DNA from: an uncultured Candidatus Saccharibacteria bacterium
Lineage (GTDB): Bacteria > Patescibacteriota > Minisyncoccia > Phycocordibacterales > UBA9973
Length of the DNA: 33,807 nt
Assembly (NCBI GenBank): GCA_964419555.1
Contig: CAYQPS010000001.1
Coordinates: forward strand, 1-33,807
Reading direction: 5' to 3'
Below the pieces are notes generated by a model, which saw only the letters and a list, made by a program, of their open reading frames with translations, did not search any database and was not told the DNA's origin. Each line of letters begins with the position of its first letter. The stretch's first letter is position 1. The position numbers were made by a program, and so were the translations under genes. This document shows, piece after piece, positions 24,601 to 32,881 of the stretch.

Positions 24601-24875
24601 GTGAGGTGATAATATCTTTTACTTCCACCAGCTTCCGCTGTGCGGTCTTTGCGATTTCCAGCGGTCATGTAGGCCTCCACTCCGATGATGGGTTTAATGC
24701 CTTCTTTTTTTGCTAGTTTGTAAAATTCAATAGCGCCATACATATTTCCATGGTCAGTGATAGCCATGGCGGGCATGCCGTCTTTCTTGGCAAGTTCTAC
24801 CAAATCTTCAAGCTTTGAAAGGCCGTCTAATAGCGAATAGTGGCTGTGTGTATGGAGGTGGACGAAGCTTGCCAT
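21666..24875 (-). CDS. dnaE: DNA polymerase III alpha subunit
   Basis: PHP domain FVHLHTHSHYSLLDG, a Pol III alpha core and a C-terminal OB fold. Length 1069 aa. Confidence 0.93.
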   Translation of the reverse strand: MASFVHLHTHSHYSLLDGLSKLEDLVELAKKDGMPAMAITDHGNMYGAIEFYKLAKKEGIKPIIGVEAYMTAGNRKDRTAEAGGSKRYYHLTLLAKNMEGYKNLIRLVTLANLEGYYYKPRIDREILRQHSSGIIALSGCLGGELSQAVMRGDNKKADELVVEFKDIFGKENYFIEIQCHPHVENDKTVREALVALSKKHNVKLVATQDSHYPCTDDHEAHHTLLQINTQGDGKDTGKFEFSEDDFSFLSTEKAIEVFKDTPEAVTNTMLIADMCNLELPLGKWVFPDFKIEKGISYDEKLRELAYGGFKRLEIKETPEIKERVEYELKIIVDKGFSPYFLVVGDLLRYAKENGILTTIRGSVAGSMVTYLLGITNINPIEYGLPFERFLNPFRPSAPDIDMDFADNRRDEMIEYAKKKYGEDKVAQIGTFGTMMARGAVRDVARSLGYPYTVGDRLSKMIPMGSQGMPMTIDHAMEIVPELTDAYKSEQDTKKIIDLAKKLEGCVRHISVHAAGVVMSPLPLSEYVPLQLDPKGGKVITQYDMYSIEDAGLLKFDFLGIRNLSILADSISLVKKFYDIDIDIERIPLNDKKTFSLLAKGETEGLFQLNGSGMTRYLKELKPTSIHDINAMVALYRPGPMETIPEYIKRKHNPALVKYLDPRMKKFLGQSYGLIVYQDDLLFCALELAGYNWEEVDKFRKAVGKKIPAEMAAQYEKFTKGIVANGQTQEFADKLWKLFEPFQAYGFNKAHAASYGQVAYQTAYMKANYPVEYMAAILTAESGDVEKVAEIIAECKNMKIAVLPPNINESFGGFTCLPEGKGYFIDKEHKSEKIRFGFYTIKNLGTDIGDAIIVERQQNAAFKSITDFLDRVKHKNLNKKSMEALIKSGCFDEIEERGKLLANMEDMLLYNHESGKQSKNQTSLFGGGSNVEAPTFKLKSGTEATMAEKLLWEKELLGLYISGHPLDRLRDKLESRNVNIKKIKEEIGNGLPVTIAGIIDTARQVITKGNERMAFLKISDLTGSIEAVAFPSIFKESMEILVSEKCIAFSGKVSLRNGEKSIIIEAVKEI

Positions 24876-24881
24876 GTTTTT

Positions 24882-24896
24882 ATGATAGCATATAAT
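24882..24896. promoter_or_regulatory. Back-to-back -10 boxes for dnaE (TGcTATCAT, minus strand, 24890-24882) and gap (TATAAT, 24891-24896)
   Basis: Each box ends exactly 6 nt before its own ATG (24875 and 24903). The intergenic spacer is only 27 bp. Confidence 0.5.
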
Positions 24897-24902
24897 ATAT
24901 CT

Positions 24903-25931
24903 ATGAAAAAAATTCGCGTTGGCATCAATGGTTTTGGTAGAATCGGGAGAGCATTTCTCAAAATTGCATGGGAGAGGCCGGAGATTGAAATCGTGGCGGT
25001 AAATGATTTAGGTAGTATCGACAACATGGCGTACTTGCTCAAATACGATACAGCTTATGGAAAATGGAAACACGAGAATATCAAACACGACGGAGAGTAT
25101 CTGATAATTGATGGCAAGAAAGTAAAATTTTTGGCAGAGAAAGACCCAAGCAAACTTCCTTGGAAAGATTTAGAGATTGATGTGGTTGTAGAATCAACGG
25201 GGATATTTATTACGTATGAAAGTTCCAAAGTTCACTTGGATGCTGGCGCGAAAAAAGTGGTAGTAACTGCGCCGATGAAAGACGAACCGCAAGCTGGGGT
25301 AGAGGGTGCCACGATATTACTCGGAGTAAATGAAGAAAAGTTTGATACATGCGTGATAACTTCCAACGCCTCATGTACCACGAACGCAGGCAGTCCACTC
25401 ATTGCAATTTTAGACGAGGGGCTCGGAGTAGAGAAGGCGCTTTTAAATACAGTTCATGCACTTACTAATAGTCAGCCCACTGTTGATAGTATAAACAAAC
25501 ACAATGTGCGCGAAGGACGAGCAGGTGGGCACAATATCGTACCGACATCTTCAGGTGCGGCCATTGCTGTGACCAAAGCATTTCCAAAACTCACTGGGCT
25601 GTTTGATGGTCTGGCTGTACGTGTGCCTATGATAACTGGTTCAATAGTGGATATCACTTTTATCTCAAAGAAAAATACAACAGCTGAAGAAGTAAACGAG
25701 ATTCTTAAAAAAGCGACAAGCGAACCACGCTGGAAAGGCATTTTTGCTGTAACCGAAGAGGAGCTCGTATCTAGCGACATTATCGGGAGCCCTTATGGTT
25801 CTATGGCAGATTTGGGGCTTACTCGCGTTGTCGGCGGAAATCTAGTGAAAGTTATGGCTTGGTATGACAACGAAATGGGGTACACTTATACACTTGTGGA
25901 CCATGTCATTAAAACAGCAAAAAAGTTATAA
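24903..25931 (+). CDS. gap: Glyceraldehyde-3-phosphate dehydrogenase
   Basis: MKKIRVGINGFGRIGR and the catalytic SNASCTTN. The track start at 24840 overlaps dnaE. Confidence 0.93.
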   Translation: MKKIRVGINGFGRIGRAFLKIAWERPEIEIVAVNDLGSIDNMAYLLKYDTAYGKWKHENIKHDGEYLIIDGKKVKFLAEKDPSKLPWKDLEIDVVVESTGIFITYESSKVHLDAGAKKVVVTAPMKDEPQAGVEGATILLGVNEEKFDTCVITSNASCTTNAGSPLIAILDEGLGVEKALLNTVHALTNSQPTVDSINKHNVREGRAGGHNIVPTSSGAAIAVTKAFPKLTGLFDGLAVRVPMITGSIVDITFISKKNTTAEEVNEILKKATSEPRWKGIFAVTEEELVSSDIIGSPYGSMADLGLTRVVGGNLVKVMAWYDNEMGYTYTLVDHVIKTAKKL

Positions 25932-25964
25932 TAGATTATATAATTAAATATAACTTTTTAATCT

Positions 25965-25988
25965 ATGAAAATTTTTATAGGGACAGAC
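25965..25988 (+). repeat. Relic copy of the first 8 codons of rpiB (left direct repeat)
   Basis: ATGAAAATTTTTATAGGGACAGAC matches 29720-29743 at 23 of 24 positions. It reads as a 9-codon mini-ORF MKIFIGTDS* (25965-25994). Confidence 0.8.
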
Positions 25989-26000
25989 AGCTAAGATATT

Positions 26001-29000
26001 ATGCCCAGTGAAAGTAAACTTGGAACATCTCCCATTAAACTTCCAGAGGCGAAACAACTCAAAGAAGATAGTATTTCTGACGCAGGCCAGGAAGCAATAA
26101 ATAAGAAAATTGAAGAACTGGAGCAGAGCATTGAAAAAACGCTCAAGATACTTGCTCCACTCGAAGAAGACGAAGAAGAATACGTTGATTCTCAATATGA
26201 TTCGCTAATTGAAGATGCGGAAGAATTTTTACGGCTTGGCAAAGCATCAGTAATTTCTGAACTTGAAATATTAGAGAAAGCCAAAAAAATTCTTACCGAA
26301 AGGCTTCATGCGGTGATAGATGACGTGTATGAATTTTCTCGTCCCAATCGACCTCCAGTTGACTCAGGACTTCTTCGTCGAACCAAGCTTGCATTGCTCC
26401 GTGAACACGATTTACATAACGGAGGAGGTCAGAGTTTAAAAGAGTTGAACATAAGGAAGTTATCTTCGTGGTTCAATAGTGATCCATATGGTCCTAACCG
26501 TTCACACCGAGATAGCCATCTCCTATCTACAAAAGAAGTAGATTCTCTTATCGAAGCGGGGTATGGAGATAATCTGTTAGATGGTTTTGATCTATATACA
26601 TTTAGAGATTATTTCGAAGATCTCTGCATGCCTGAATCTTTATTCAAGTTATATCTGGCAAAAGAATTCGATAATAATTCTTGGCATGTAGTTGTCCCGA
26701 CTCTTCAAGGAAAAATTAAAAGAGGAGAAAAATTTTCAAAAGAAATATTTAATAAACTTCTCCATAGTGGTCTGTCACATGAATGTTTGGAGCACTTCAA
26801 TGCTTTTGAAGGTGGAGATATTTTTGAAGTAATAAGAAAATATAATATTGGATATCCATATAATGCAAGCAGACAGATTGGCATAATTAAGAAACTTGGT
26901 TTGGATACTCCAGAACTTATTGATTATGTAGTAAAGAATAATTGGATAACGAATAACGACCAAAAAATTCTGGAAGAGTATGGTGATTATAATAAATTTT
27001 TTGGGAAAATTAATTCTGGGCCAGTATTTGCAAGTTCTGCGCCGCCAAACTCAGAAGATATGTCTTTTGCAAAAGGACTAATTTCTTCAGGGAAATTGGG
27101 ACTTTTTTATCGGGAGAAGGGATTTGTAGAATACTTACTTCAGAATGAAAGAGAATGGTTTATGAATGAGGTGATACGTCAAGATCAAGAATTTCTTATT
27201 CTACGGAATATGAACTCGGAAGAGGTCAGTACTTATTTAAATAAACTTTTAGATAATAAAGAATATGAAATGGTAAAAGATGTACTATCGTATGAAGGTA
27301 GGAATTTTCAAGCCCACGTTCTTGAGTCATCGCTATACGAAAGAATTGCAGTTACTTTACCCGAAGAGGTGATGCTTTCTTTGGTGCAGATTTTTAAAGA
27401 CCTTCCTTCCAAGATTTATACCGAACTATTAGAAACACTGCCTGATAATCAGCGCACTAATGACACTATTTTAAAAGTTATTGAAAGTTTTGATTTTGGA
27501 GACAATCCTGCCTTTAAAACACAAAAAGAATATCAATCGTTCGTCGCGCAGTTTCAGGAAACTGGAATTCCTCTTCCTTTTTCAGGAAGTGGGTGGGAGA
27601 ATACACCGATTTCCTTTTCAACATTTACTTTAGTGCCAGAGACAGAAAGAATGCACTGGATAAATACACTGAAAGATTTAAAAAATTCTGTAAATAATCC
27701 AATTCCAATTTCAGATATAATCAAAACTCTTTCCCTTAACCAACCATTGTTTTCTTTACCCGCTCCGGAAAGACAAGCACTGTTTGCTGACTTGGATACT
27801 ATTCGAAACCTTATAAAACGGGATACTTTTAGCCAAAAAGCATTACAAGAAGATTTTTCACCTAGCCAAATTTCGGAAACTAAGAATGTTTTACTTAGTA
27901 TCCAAGGCTTTCTTAGTAAAAGCGATTTTTCAGAGAAAAATATTGATAGCTATCTTCAGGAGGCAGCTGAGTCCAAAAGTGTTCAAGAACTTAAAGTCTT
28001 AAGTGATCGAACCCAACTATTACTTGGTGAGACATTTTCGTATTCCGAATCGACCCACCTCATATATTTGTCAGAATTTGCTAGAAAAGATAGCACACTA
28101 GAAGAGAGGAGAGCGTTTCTTAAGAGAGTAGAGGGAGGAGTAAACGCAGCGAGTCGTAATCAACCTGTCCTAGAAGATAATCAAGATGTGTATCGAGTAA
28201 TTTGCGAGGAAGTTTACCCAAAAAGAAATTATAATAGTTACAGTCATATTGAGCAATACAAAGATCGATCGAAAGATCTCGATGGGTTTAAATTTAATAA
28301 AGAAGGATATCGTATAAAACTCGACGGGGTGCAAGAGTATCGTGTGAAGGAGGGAGAAGAAATTGATCCTAGCATATTGGAAAAGTACTCAGGAAGAGTT
28401 CAGAAATTAGTTTCTCTTGCAAACCCTGAAGCCTTGGAACGTTTCATGACGAATAATATATCTGCTTCAGGGGCCGAAGATATCTCTATTCCTGAAACTC
28501 TTGAAGGAAAAATTTTGAAATATATTCAAGGCAAAACGGACGATGAAATTTCTGATGTCATGTTTGCTTACCAGCTTCGCGATGAGTACCAAGCTTTTCT
28601 GCAGGGAACCCGTGACCAGGCGGGAGAAGAAAGCACGCAAGTAGAAAAAGAATACATTATGCTCACCGAGCTGGCGGAAAGATATGGAGATAGGCTCAAG
28701 GAAACCATTAAGGAAATATTCGGAAAGGTAATGTCAGGACCAGATAAGGACGTATTCACAGAAAGCGGAGAAAAATTGGTATCAGAAGATGATGTTCGAG
28801 AACTGGCAGACAAAATATCTCTAGACCTAGCAAAGCTACCGCAAGAAAAAATTACTGACAAGGTAGTACAGAAGAAGATTATTGCAACTCTCAAAGCTCG
28901 TTTTCAAAAAATTTATCAGTTGAAAGACCAAGTGGAAAGTTTGGCTATGAAATTTGGCGCTGACTCGGTGTCTAACCTTCCCGAACAATTACCTATCGAG

Positions 29001-29681
29001 ATAGCTGAAGTCTTGCGTAATATAGCAGTGATAGGCAATCTAGATGGCAAACACATCGAGGCAATTCAAGATAAGTGCTATAGGGAGATTCAGATAGAAC
29101 TTGAAAAGTATGAAGAAGTAATGGAAGTCGATACTTTGAAAGAAAAGTTTGGCGCACAGGAGAAAACCATAAAGAAACGTTCGATTCATGGGTATTTTAG
29201 TAAAAACAGAGAGAATGCTCATGCGCGCATGGTGGCAGACGTGTGTATTGCGGCAGACCCAAAAATGCTCGAAAATCCTAATTACTTTGAGTTTGTGCTC
29301 TTTGACGAGGATAGAGAAAAAAATATAGGTACGGTGATGCTTCTTGTGATGGAAGAACCGAAGAGTAAAAAGAAATATCTTTTATATTGTCCGAACCCTT
29401 CGACTGATATTGTAAGCAAAGTTTCATCGGGGAAACTTTATCAATGGCTCACGAAACAGGTTACAGATTTTGCAGAAGCGAATGGCTTCGAGGGTGTACT
29501 CACTGACACACGCCATGGTCATGCTACAAACAGACCAGGTAAATTCTACGAATCCCTTACGTCATCTGTGGTTCGCGAAAAGGACGGCAGTTCCAAGAAG
29601 ATGAATTTAAAACAATCGCATAGCTTAGGTGGTTCGTATGCATACCAGAATGATTTATCAGTAATCTGGGAGAAGCCCTAA
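26001..29681 (+). CDS. Large hypothetical protein (1226 aa), acidic, predicted soluble, no recognisable domain
   Basis: An uninterrupted 3.7-kb ORF with no signal peptide or TM helix and no motif I can assign. An acidic stretch lies near the N-terminus (EEDEEEYVD). Confidence 0.7.
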   Translation: MPSESKLGTSPIKLPEAKQLKEDSISDAGQEAINKKIEELEQSIEKTLKILAPLEEDEEEYVDSQYDSLIEDAEEFLRLGKASVISELEILEKAKKILTERLHAVIDDVYEFSRPNRPPVDSGLLRRTKLALLREHDLHNGGGQSLKELNIRKLSSWFNSDPYGPNRSHRDSHLLSTKEVDSLIEAGYGDNLLDGFDLYTFRDYFEDLCMPESLFKLYLAKEFDNNSWHVVVPTLQGKIKRGEKFSKEIFNKLLHSGLSHECLEHFNAFEGGDIFEVIRKYNIGYPYNASRQIGIIKKLGLDTPELIDYVVKNNWITNNDQKILEEYGDYNKFFGKINSGPVFASSAPPNSEDMSFAKGLISSGKLGLFYREKGFVEYLLQNEREWFMNEVIRQDQEFLILRNMNSEEVSTYLNKLLDNKEYEMVKDVLSYEGRNFQAHVLESSLYERIAVTLPEEVMLSLVQIFKDLPSKIYTELLETLPDNQRTNDTILKVIESFDFGDNPAFKTQKEYQSFVAQFQETGIPLPFSGSGWENTPISFSTFTLVPETERMHWINTLKDLKNSVNNPIPISDIIKTLSLNQPLFSLPAPERQALFADLDTIRNLIKRDTFSQKALQEDFSPSQISETKNVLLSIQGFLSKSDFSEKNIDSYLQEAAESKSVQELKVLSDRTQLLLGETFSYSESTHLIYLSEFARKDSTLEERRAFLKRVEGGVNAASRNQPVLEDNQDVYRVICEEVYPKRNYNSYSHIEQYKDRSKDLDGFKFNKEGYRIKLDGVQEYRVKEGEEIDPSILEKYSGRVQKLVSLANPEALERFMTNNISASGAEDISIPETLEGKILKYIQGKTDDEISDVMFAYQLRDEYQAFLQGTRDQAGEESTQVEKEYIMLTELAERYGDRLKETIKEIFGKVMSGPDKDVFTESGEKLVSEDDVRELADKISLDLAKLPQEKITDKVVQKKIIATLKARFQKIYQLKDQVESLAMKFGADSVSNLPEQLPIEIAEVLRNIAVIGNLDGKHIEAIQDKCYREIQIELEKYEEVMEVDTLKEKFGAQEKTIKKRSIHGYFSKNRENAHARMVADVCIAADPKMLENPNYFEFVLFDEDREKNIGTVMLLVMEEPKSKKKYLLYCPNPSTDIVSKVSSGKLYQWLTKQVTDFAEANGFEGVLTDTRHGHATNRPGKFYESLTSSVVREKDGSSKKMNLKQSHSLGGSYAYQNDLSVIWEKP

Positions 29682-29719
29682 TTTGTTGTTGAAAAGTAAT
29701 TAAGGAGTATAATATACAT

Positions 29720-29743
29720 ATGAAAATATTTATAGGGACAGAC
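29720..29743 (+). repeat. Right direct repeat (the authentic rpiB 5' end)
   Basis: ATGAAAATATTTATAGGGACAGAC; see 25965-25988. Confidence 0.8.
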
Positions 29744-30193
29744 CATGCGGGCTTTGTACTTAAAGAGAAACTAGTAACTTTGCTCAAGGCTCAAGAGCAT
29801 GAAGTTGTGGATAAAGGAGCATACGACTACAACGAGGGAGATGATTATCCAGACTTCGTTGTTCCGGTTGCGCAAGAAGTCTCCCGTGACCCGGACAATT
29901 CGCGCGGAATTATTCTCGGAGCAACTGGTGAAGGCGAAGCTATCGCTGCGAACAAATTTCCGCATGTTCGAGCTATTGTTTATTACGGAGCTTCACAGTC
30001 AGTAGTGGACGATGAAGCAGACGTAATTGTTCGCTCTCGTGAACACAACAATTCCAATGTTCTATCTTTAGGGGCTAGGTATTTTACAGAAGATACGATG
30101 ATAATCGCGGTGAACCTTTGGCTCAAGACTCCTTATAGTCAAGGAGAACGGCACATTCGCAGGCTCGGGAAAATAGATGCCATTAAGATTTGA
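29720..30193 (+). CDS. rpiB: Ribose-5-phosphate isomerase B (Glu-base, actinobacterial-like variant)
   Basis: MKIFIGTDHAGF is the typical N-terminus. GIILGATGEGEAIAANK lacks the usual Cys and has Glu as in M. tuberculosis RpiB (from memory). TATAAT (29708-29713) lies 6 nt before the ATG. Confidence 0.85.
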   Translation: MKIFIGTDHAGFVLKEKLVTLLKAQEHEVVDKGAYDYNEGDDYPDFVVPVAQEVSRDPDNSRGIILGATGEGEAIAANKFPHVRAIVYYGASQSVVDDEADVIVRSREHNNSNVLSLGARYFTEDTMIIAVNLWLKTPYSQGERHIRRLGKIDAIKI

Positions 30194-30200
30194 AGATTTA

Positions 30201-30893
30201 ATGACAGAAATAATTCCGGCGATACTGCCGAAAAATTACGAAGACCTAAAAAATAAAATTGCGTTGGTGCGCTCTCGAGTGCCCATTGTGCAGGTGGATA
30301 TTTGCGACGGAGTTTTTGTAAAAAATACTACCTGGCCATTTATCGGAGGGGATTTCGATTATCACTTCACAAAGATTTTAAACGAAGAGGAAGGAATGCC
30401 TTTTTGGGAGGATATCGAATTCGAGTTGGATTTAATGGTGAGCGATAGCGTTTCCAACTTCGATGTTTACACCAAGCTCGGACCCAAAAGAATAGTTTTC
30501 CATATTGAAGCTGTAGGCAACCTAAATGAATTCAAAGATTTTCTTGAGGGTATCGATATGTATATCAAGGACAGTATTGATATGGGTATTGCCATAAGTC
30601 CCAATACTCCGATTGAAAATATTTTTCCGTTTGTGCCTCATGTTTCATTTGTACAGGTCATGGGTATAGACCACGTGGGTTTCCAAGGAGAGGACTTTGA
30701 TAAAAAATGTCTGGCAAGTATTAAAATTTTAAAAGAAAAATTCCCTGAGCTAATAGTTTCAGTTGACGGTGCCATTGACTTAAAAACCGCCCCGGAAGTA
30801 ATTGACGCAGGCGCGGAACGTCTAATTATAGGCTCAGCTATTTTCAATACAGATGATATAATTGATGCGATAGAGAAGTTCAAAAATATCTAA
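30201..30893 (+). CDS. rpe: Ribulose-phosphate 3-epimerase-family TIM-barrel protein (divergent)
   Basis: VQVDICDGVFV, FHIEA, GIAISPNTP, VDGAI and IIGSAIF line up with RPE motifs. I prefer the ATG at 30201 over the track start at 30177. Confidence 0.7.
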   Translation: MTEIIPAILPKNYEDLKNKIALVRSRVPIVQVDICDGVFVKNTTWPFIGGDFDYHFTKILNEEEGMPFWEDIEFELDLMVSDSVSNFDVYTKLGPKRIVFHIEAVGNLNEFKDFLEGIDMYIKDSIDMGIAISPNTPIENIFPFVPHVSFVQVMGIDHVGFQGEDFDKKCLASIKILKEKFPELIVSVDGAIDLKTAPEVIDAGAERLIIGSAIFNTDDIIDAIEKFKNI

Positions 30894-30915
30894 TTGATAT
30901 GTTAACCGAAGCCAA

Positions 30916-30945
30916 CCCCGAAGGAGAGCAGAGCTCCTTACGGGG
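30916..30945 (+). other. Strong hairpin in the rpe-tkt spacer
   Basis: CCCCGAAGGAG...CTCCTT(A)CGGGG forms an ~11-bp stem with one bulge and no T-tract. It could be an attenuator or an RNA-processing site. Confidence 0.4.
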
Positions 30946-30965
30946 CAGGAATAAAAGAGAAAACC

Positions 30966-31832
30966 ATGTCCTCACTAACTGAACAAAAAATTTTAGAATT
31001 AGAAATTAAGGCGAACGACATTCGCCAGTCTATAATTTCCATGTTGCTAGAAGCGGGAAGCGGACACACGGCCGGGCCTCTCGGTATGGCGGATATTTTT
31101 ACTCTTTTTTATTTTCATGTTTTGAAACACGATGCCAAAAATCCATCTTGGCCGGAGCGCGACAGATTGGTACTTTCAAACGGGCATATTTGCCCGGTGC
31201 TATACGCTACCATGGCGCATGCCGGATATTTCCCGATTGAAGAATTAAAAACTCTCCGTAAATTTGGTACCAGATTGCAAGGACATCCGCATAGGGAATA
31301 CATGCCTTGGTTAGAAAATTCTTCTGGGCCACTAGGTGCCGGGCTCTCTCAAGCTGTCGGCATGGCGCTCGCTGATAGAATTGATAAAAAAGATACAGAT
31401 AGATTTATTTACTGCTTTATGTCGGATGGGGAACACGATGAGGGAAATACTTGGGAGGCAATCATGCTGGCTGGCAAACATAAACTGAGAAATTTAATTG
31501 CGGTGGTGGATAGAAATAATATTCAGATAGATGGTTTTACAGAAAATATCATGCCACTTGAGCCACTCCGAAATAAGTGGGAATCTTTCAACTGGCATGT
31601 TATTGAGGCGTCGGGCCATGACTTCCGAGCTTTTCATGAAGCAGTCGTAGAGGCTCAAGCAATATTTGAGAAGCCAACGGTCATAATCGCGCACACAATT
31701 CCGGGTAAAGGTGTAAAAGAATTTGAAAGGGATTATAAGTGGCACGGTAAACCGCCAAACAAGGAGGAAGCAAAAATGGCTTTACATGAACTGCGAACTC
31801 TTGGCGGTAAAATAAAAAGCGAACATCAATAA
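30966..31832 (+). CDS. tkt: Transketolase, N-terminal (TPP-binding) subunit of a split enzyme
   Basis: GHTAGPLGMADI, GHPH and SDGEHDEGNTWEA. Confidence 0.9.
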   Translation: MSSLTEQKILELEIKANDIRQSIISMLLEAGSGHTAGPLGMADIFTLFYFHVLKHDAKNPSWPERDRLVLSNGHICPVLYATMAHAGYFPIEELKTLRKFGTRLQGHPHREYMPWLENSSGPLGAGLSQAVGMALADRIDKKDTDRFIYCFMSDGEHDEGNTWEAIMLAGKHKLRNLIAVVDRNNIQIDGFTENIMPLEPLRNKWESFNWHVIEASGHDFRAFHEAVVEAQAIFEKPTVIIAHTIPGKGVKEFERDYKWHGKPPNKEEAKMALHELRTLGGKIKSEHQ

Positions 31833-31833
31833 A

Positions 31834-32829
31834 ATGTTAAATCCTAATTTAAAATTAAATCCGAAATTATTTAACGAGGATGTTGAGCAGGTGCCGATTC
31901 GTAAGGGGTTCGGCGAAGGTCTTGTTGCCGCAGGAGAAGCTGATAAAAATATTGTTGGCCTTTGCGCGGATTTGACGGAATCGACTCAAATGAGCATGTT
32001 TGCAGAAAAGTTTCCGGAAAGATTTATTGAGATTGGTGTAGCGGAGCAGAATTTAGCCACTGTGGCTTCCGGCATGTCTGCGATGGGAAAAATTCCTTTC
32101 ATCTCGAGCTACGCGATGTTTTCTCCTGGAAGAAATTGGGAGCAGATAAGAACCACGATTGCTTACAACGACAGGAAAGTGGTGGTAGTCGGTTCGCATG
32201 CCGGCATTTCTGTCGGGCCCGATGGTGGTACACATCAAGCGCTCGAAGATATTGCACTGATGCGTGTGATGCCGAACATGGATGTGCTTAGTCCATGTGA
32301 TGCGATAGAAGCAAAAAAAATTACACTTGCTTTAGCAAAAACAAAAAGGCCCGCGTATTTACGTCTAGTGCGAGAAAAAACTCCGATAATCACTACGACT
32401 GAAACTCCTTTTAATTTAGGTAAAGCGGAAATTTTTTGGATGCCCGAGGGCATAGCATCTGTAGGAATAATAGTCACCGGTGGTCTTCTGCATCGAGCCC
32501 TACTTGCCGCCAAAGAACTGGAAGCCGAAGGAATTAAAACAAAAGTAATGAATCTCTCGAGCATCAAACCGATTGATGTAGATGCTGTAGTGGCGCTTGC
32601 CAAAGAAACGAAAGCAATAATAACAGTAGAAGAACACCAAATAGCAGGAGGTATGGGTTCCACGGTGGCGGAAGTGTTGGCGCAAAATTTCCCTGTGTCG
32701 ATAGAATTTATTGGAATTCCTAACAAATTTGGTCAATCTGGAAGCCCAGATGAGCTCGTAGAGCATTACGGGATGGGGAAGGATTCTATAAAAGAGGCGG
32801 TGAAAAAAGTCTTTAAAAGAAAGGCGTAA
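31834..32829 (+). CDS. tkt: Transketolase, C-terminal (pyrimidine-binding) subunit
   Basis: IGVAEQNLATVASGMS and the typical C-terminal domain. It starts 1 nt after the preceding stop. Confidence 0.9.
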   Translation: MLNPNLKLNPKLFNEDVEQVPIRKGFGEGLVAAGEADKNIVGLCADLTESTQMSMFAEKFPERFIEIGVAEQNLATVASGMSAMGKIPFISSYAMFSPGRNWEQIRTTIAYNDRKVVVVGSHAGISVGPDGGTHQALEDIALMRVMPNMDVLSPCDAIEAKKITLALAKTKRPAYLRLVREKTPIITTTETPFNLGKAEIFWMPEGIASVGIIVTGGLLHRALLAAKELEAEGIKTKVMNLSSIKPIDVDAVVALAKETKAIITVEEHQIAGGMGSTVAEVLAQNFPVSIEFIGIPNKFGQSGSPDELVEHYGMGKDSIKEAVKKVFKRKA

Positions 32830-32866
32830 TGTGGATAACTTGTATGTTTTTTATATTAAAAAATAG

Positions 32867-32875
32867 TGGTACAAT
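32867..32875 (+). promoter_or_regulatory. Extended -10 (TGgTACAAT) placed 6 nt before the ATG of the last gene
   Basis: TACAAT is at 32870-32875 and the ATG at 32882. Confidence 0.5.
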
Positions 32876-32881
32876 TGAAAT

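Noticed and set aside
25944-26195. The 83-aa minus-strand ORF overlapping the start of the 1226-aa gene.
   Set aside because: It is an antisense shadow of a long, clearly open plus-strand frame. It spans the gap terminator/spacer region and has an implausible Phe/Asn/Cys-rich composition.
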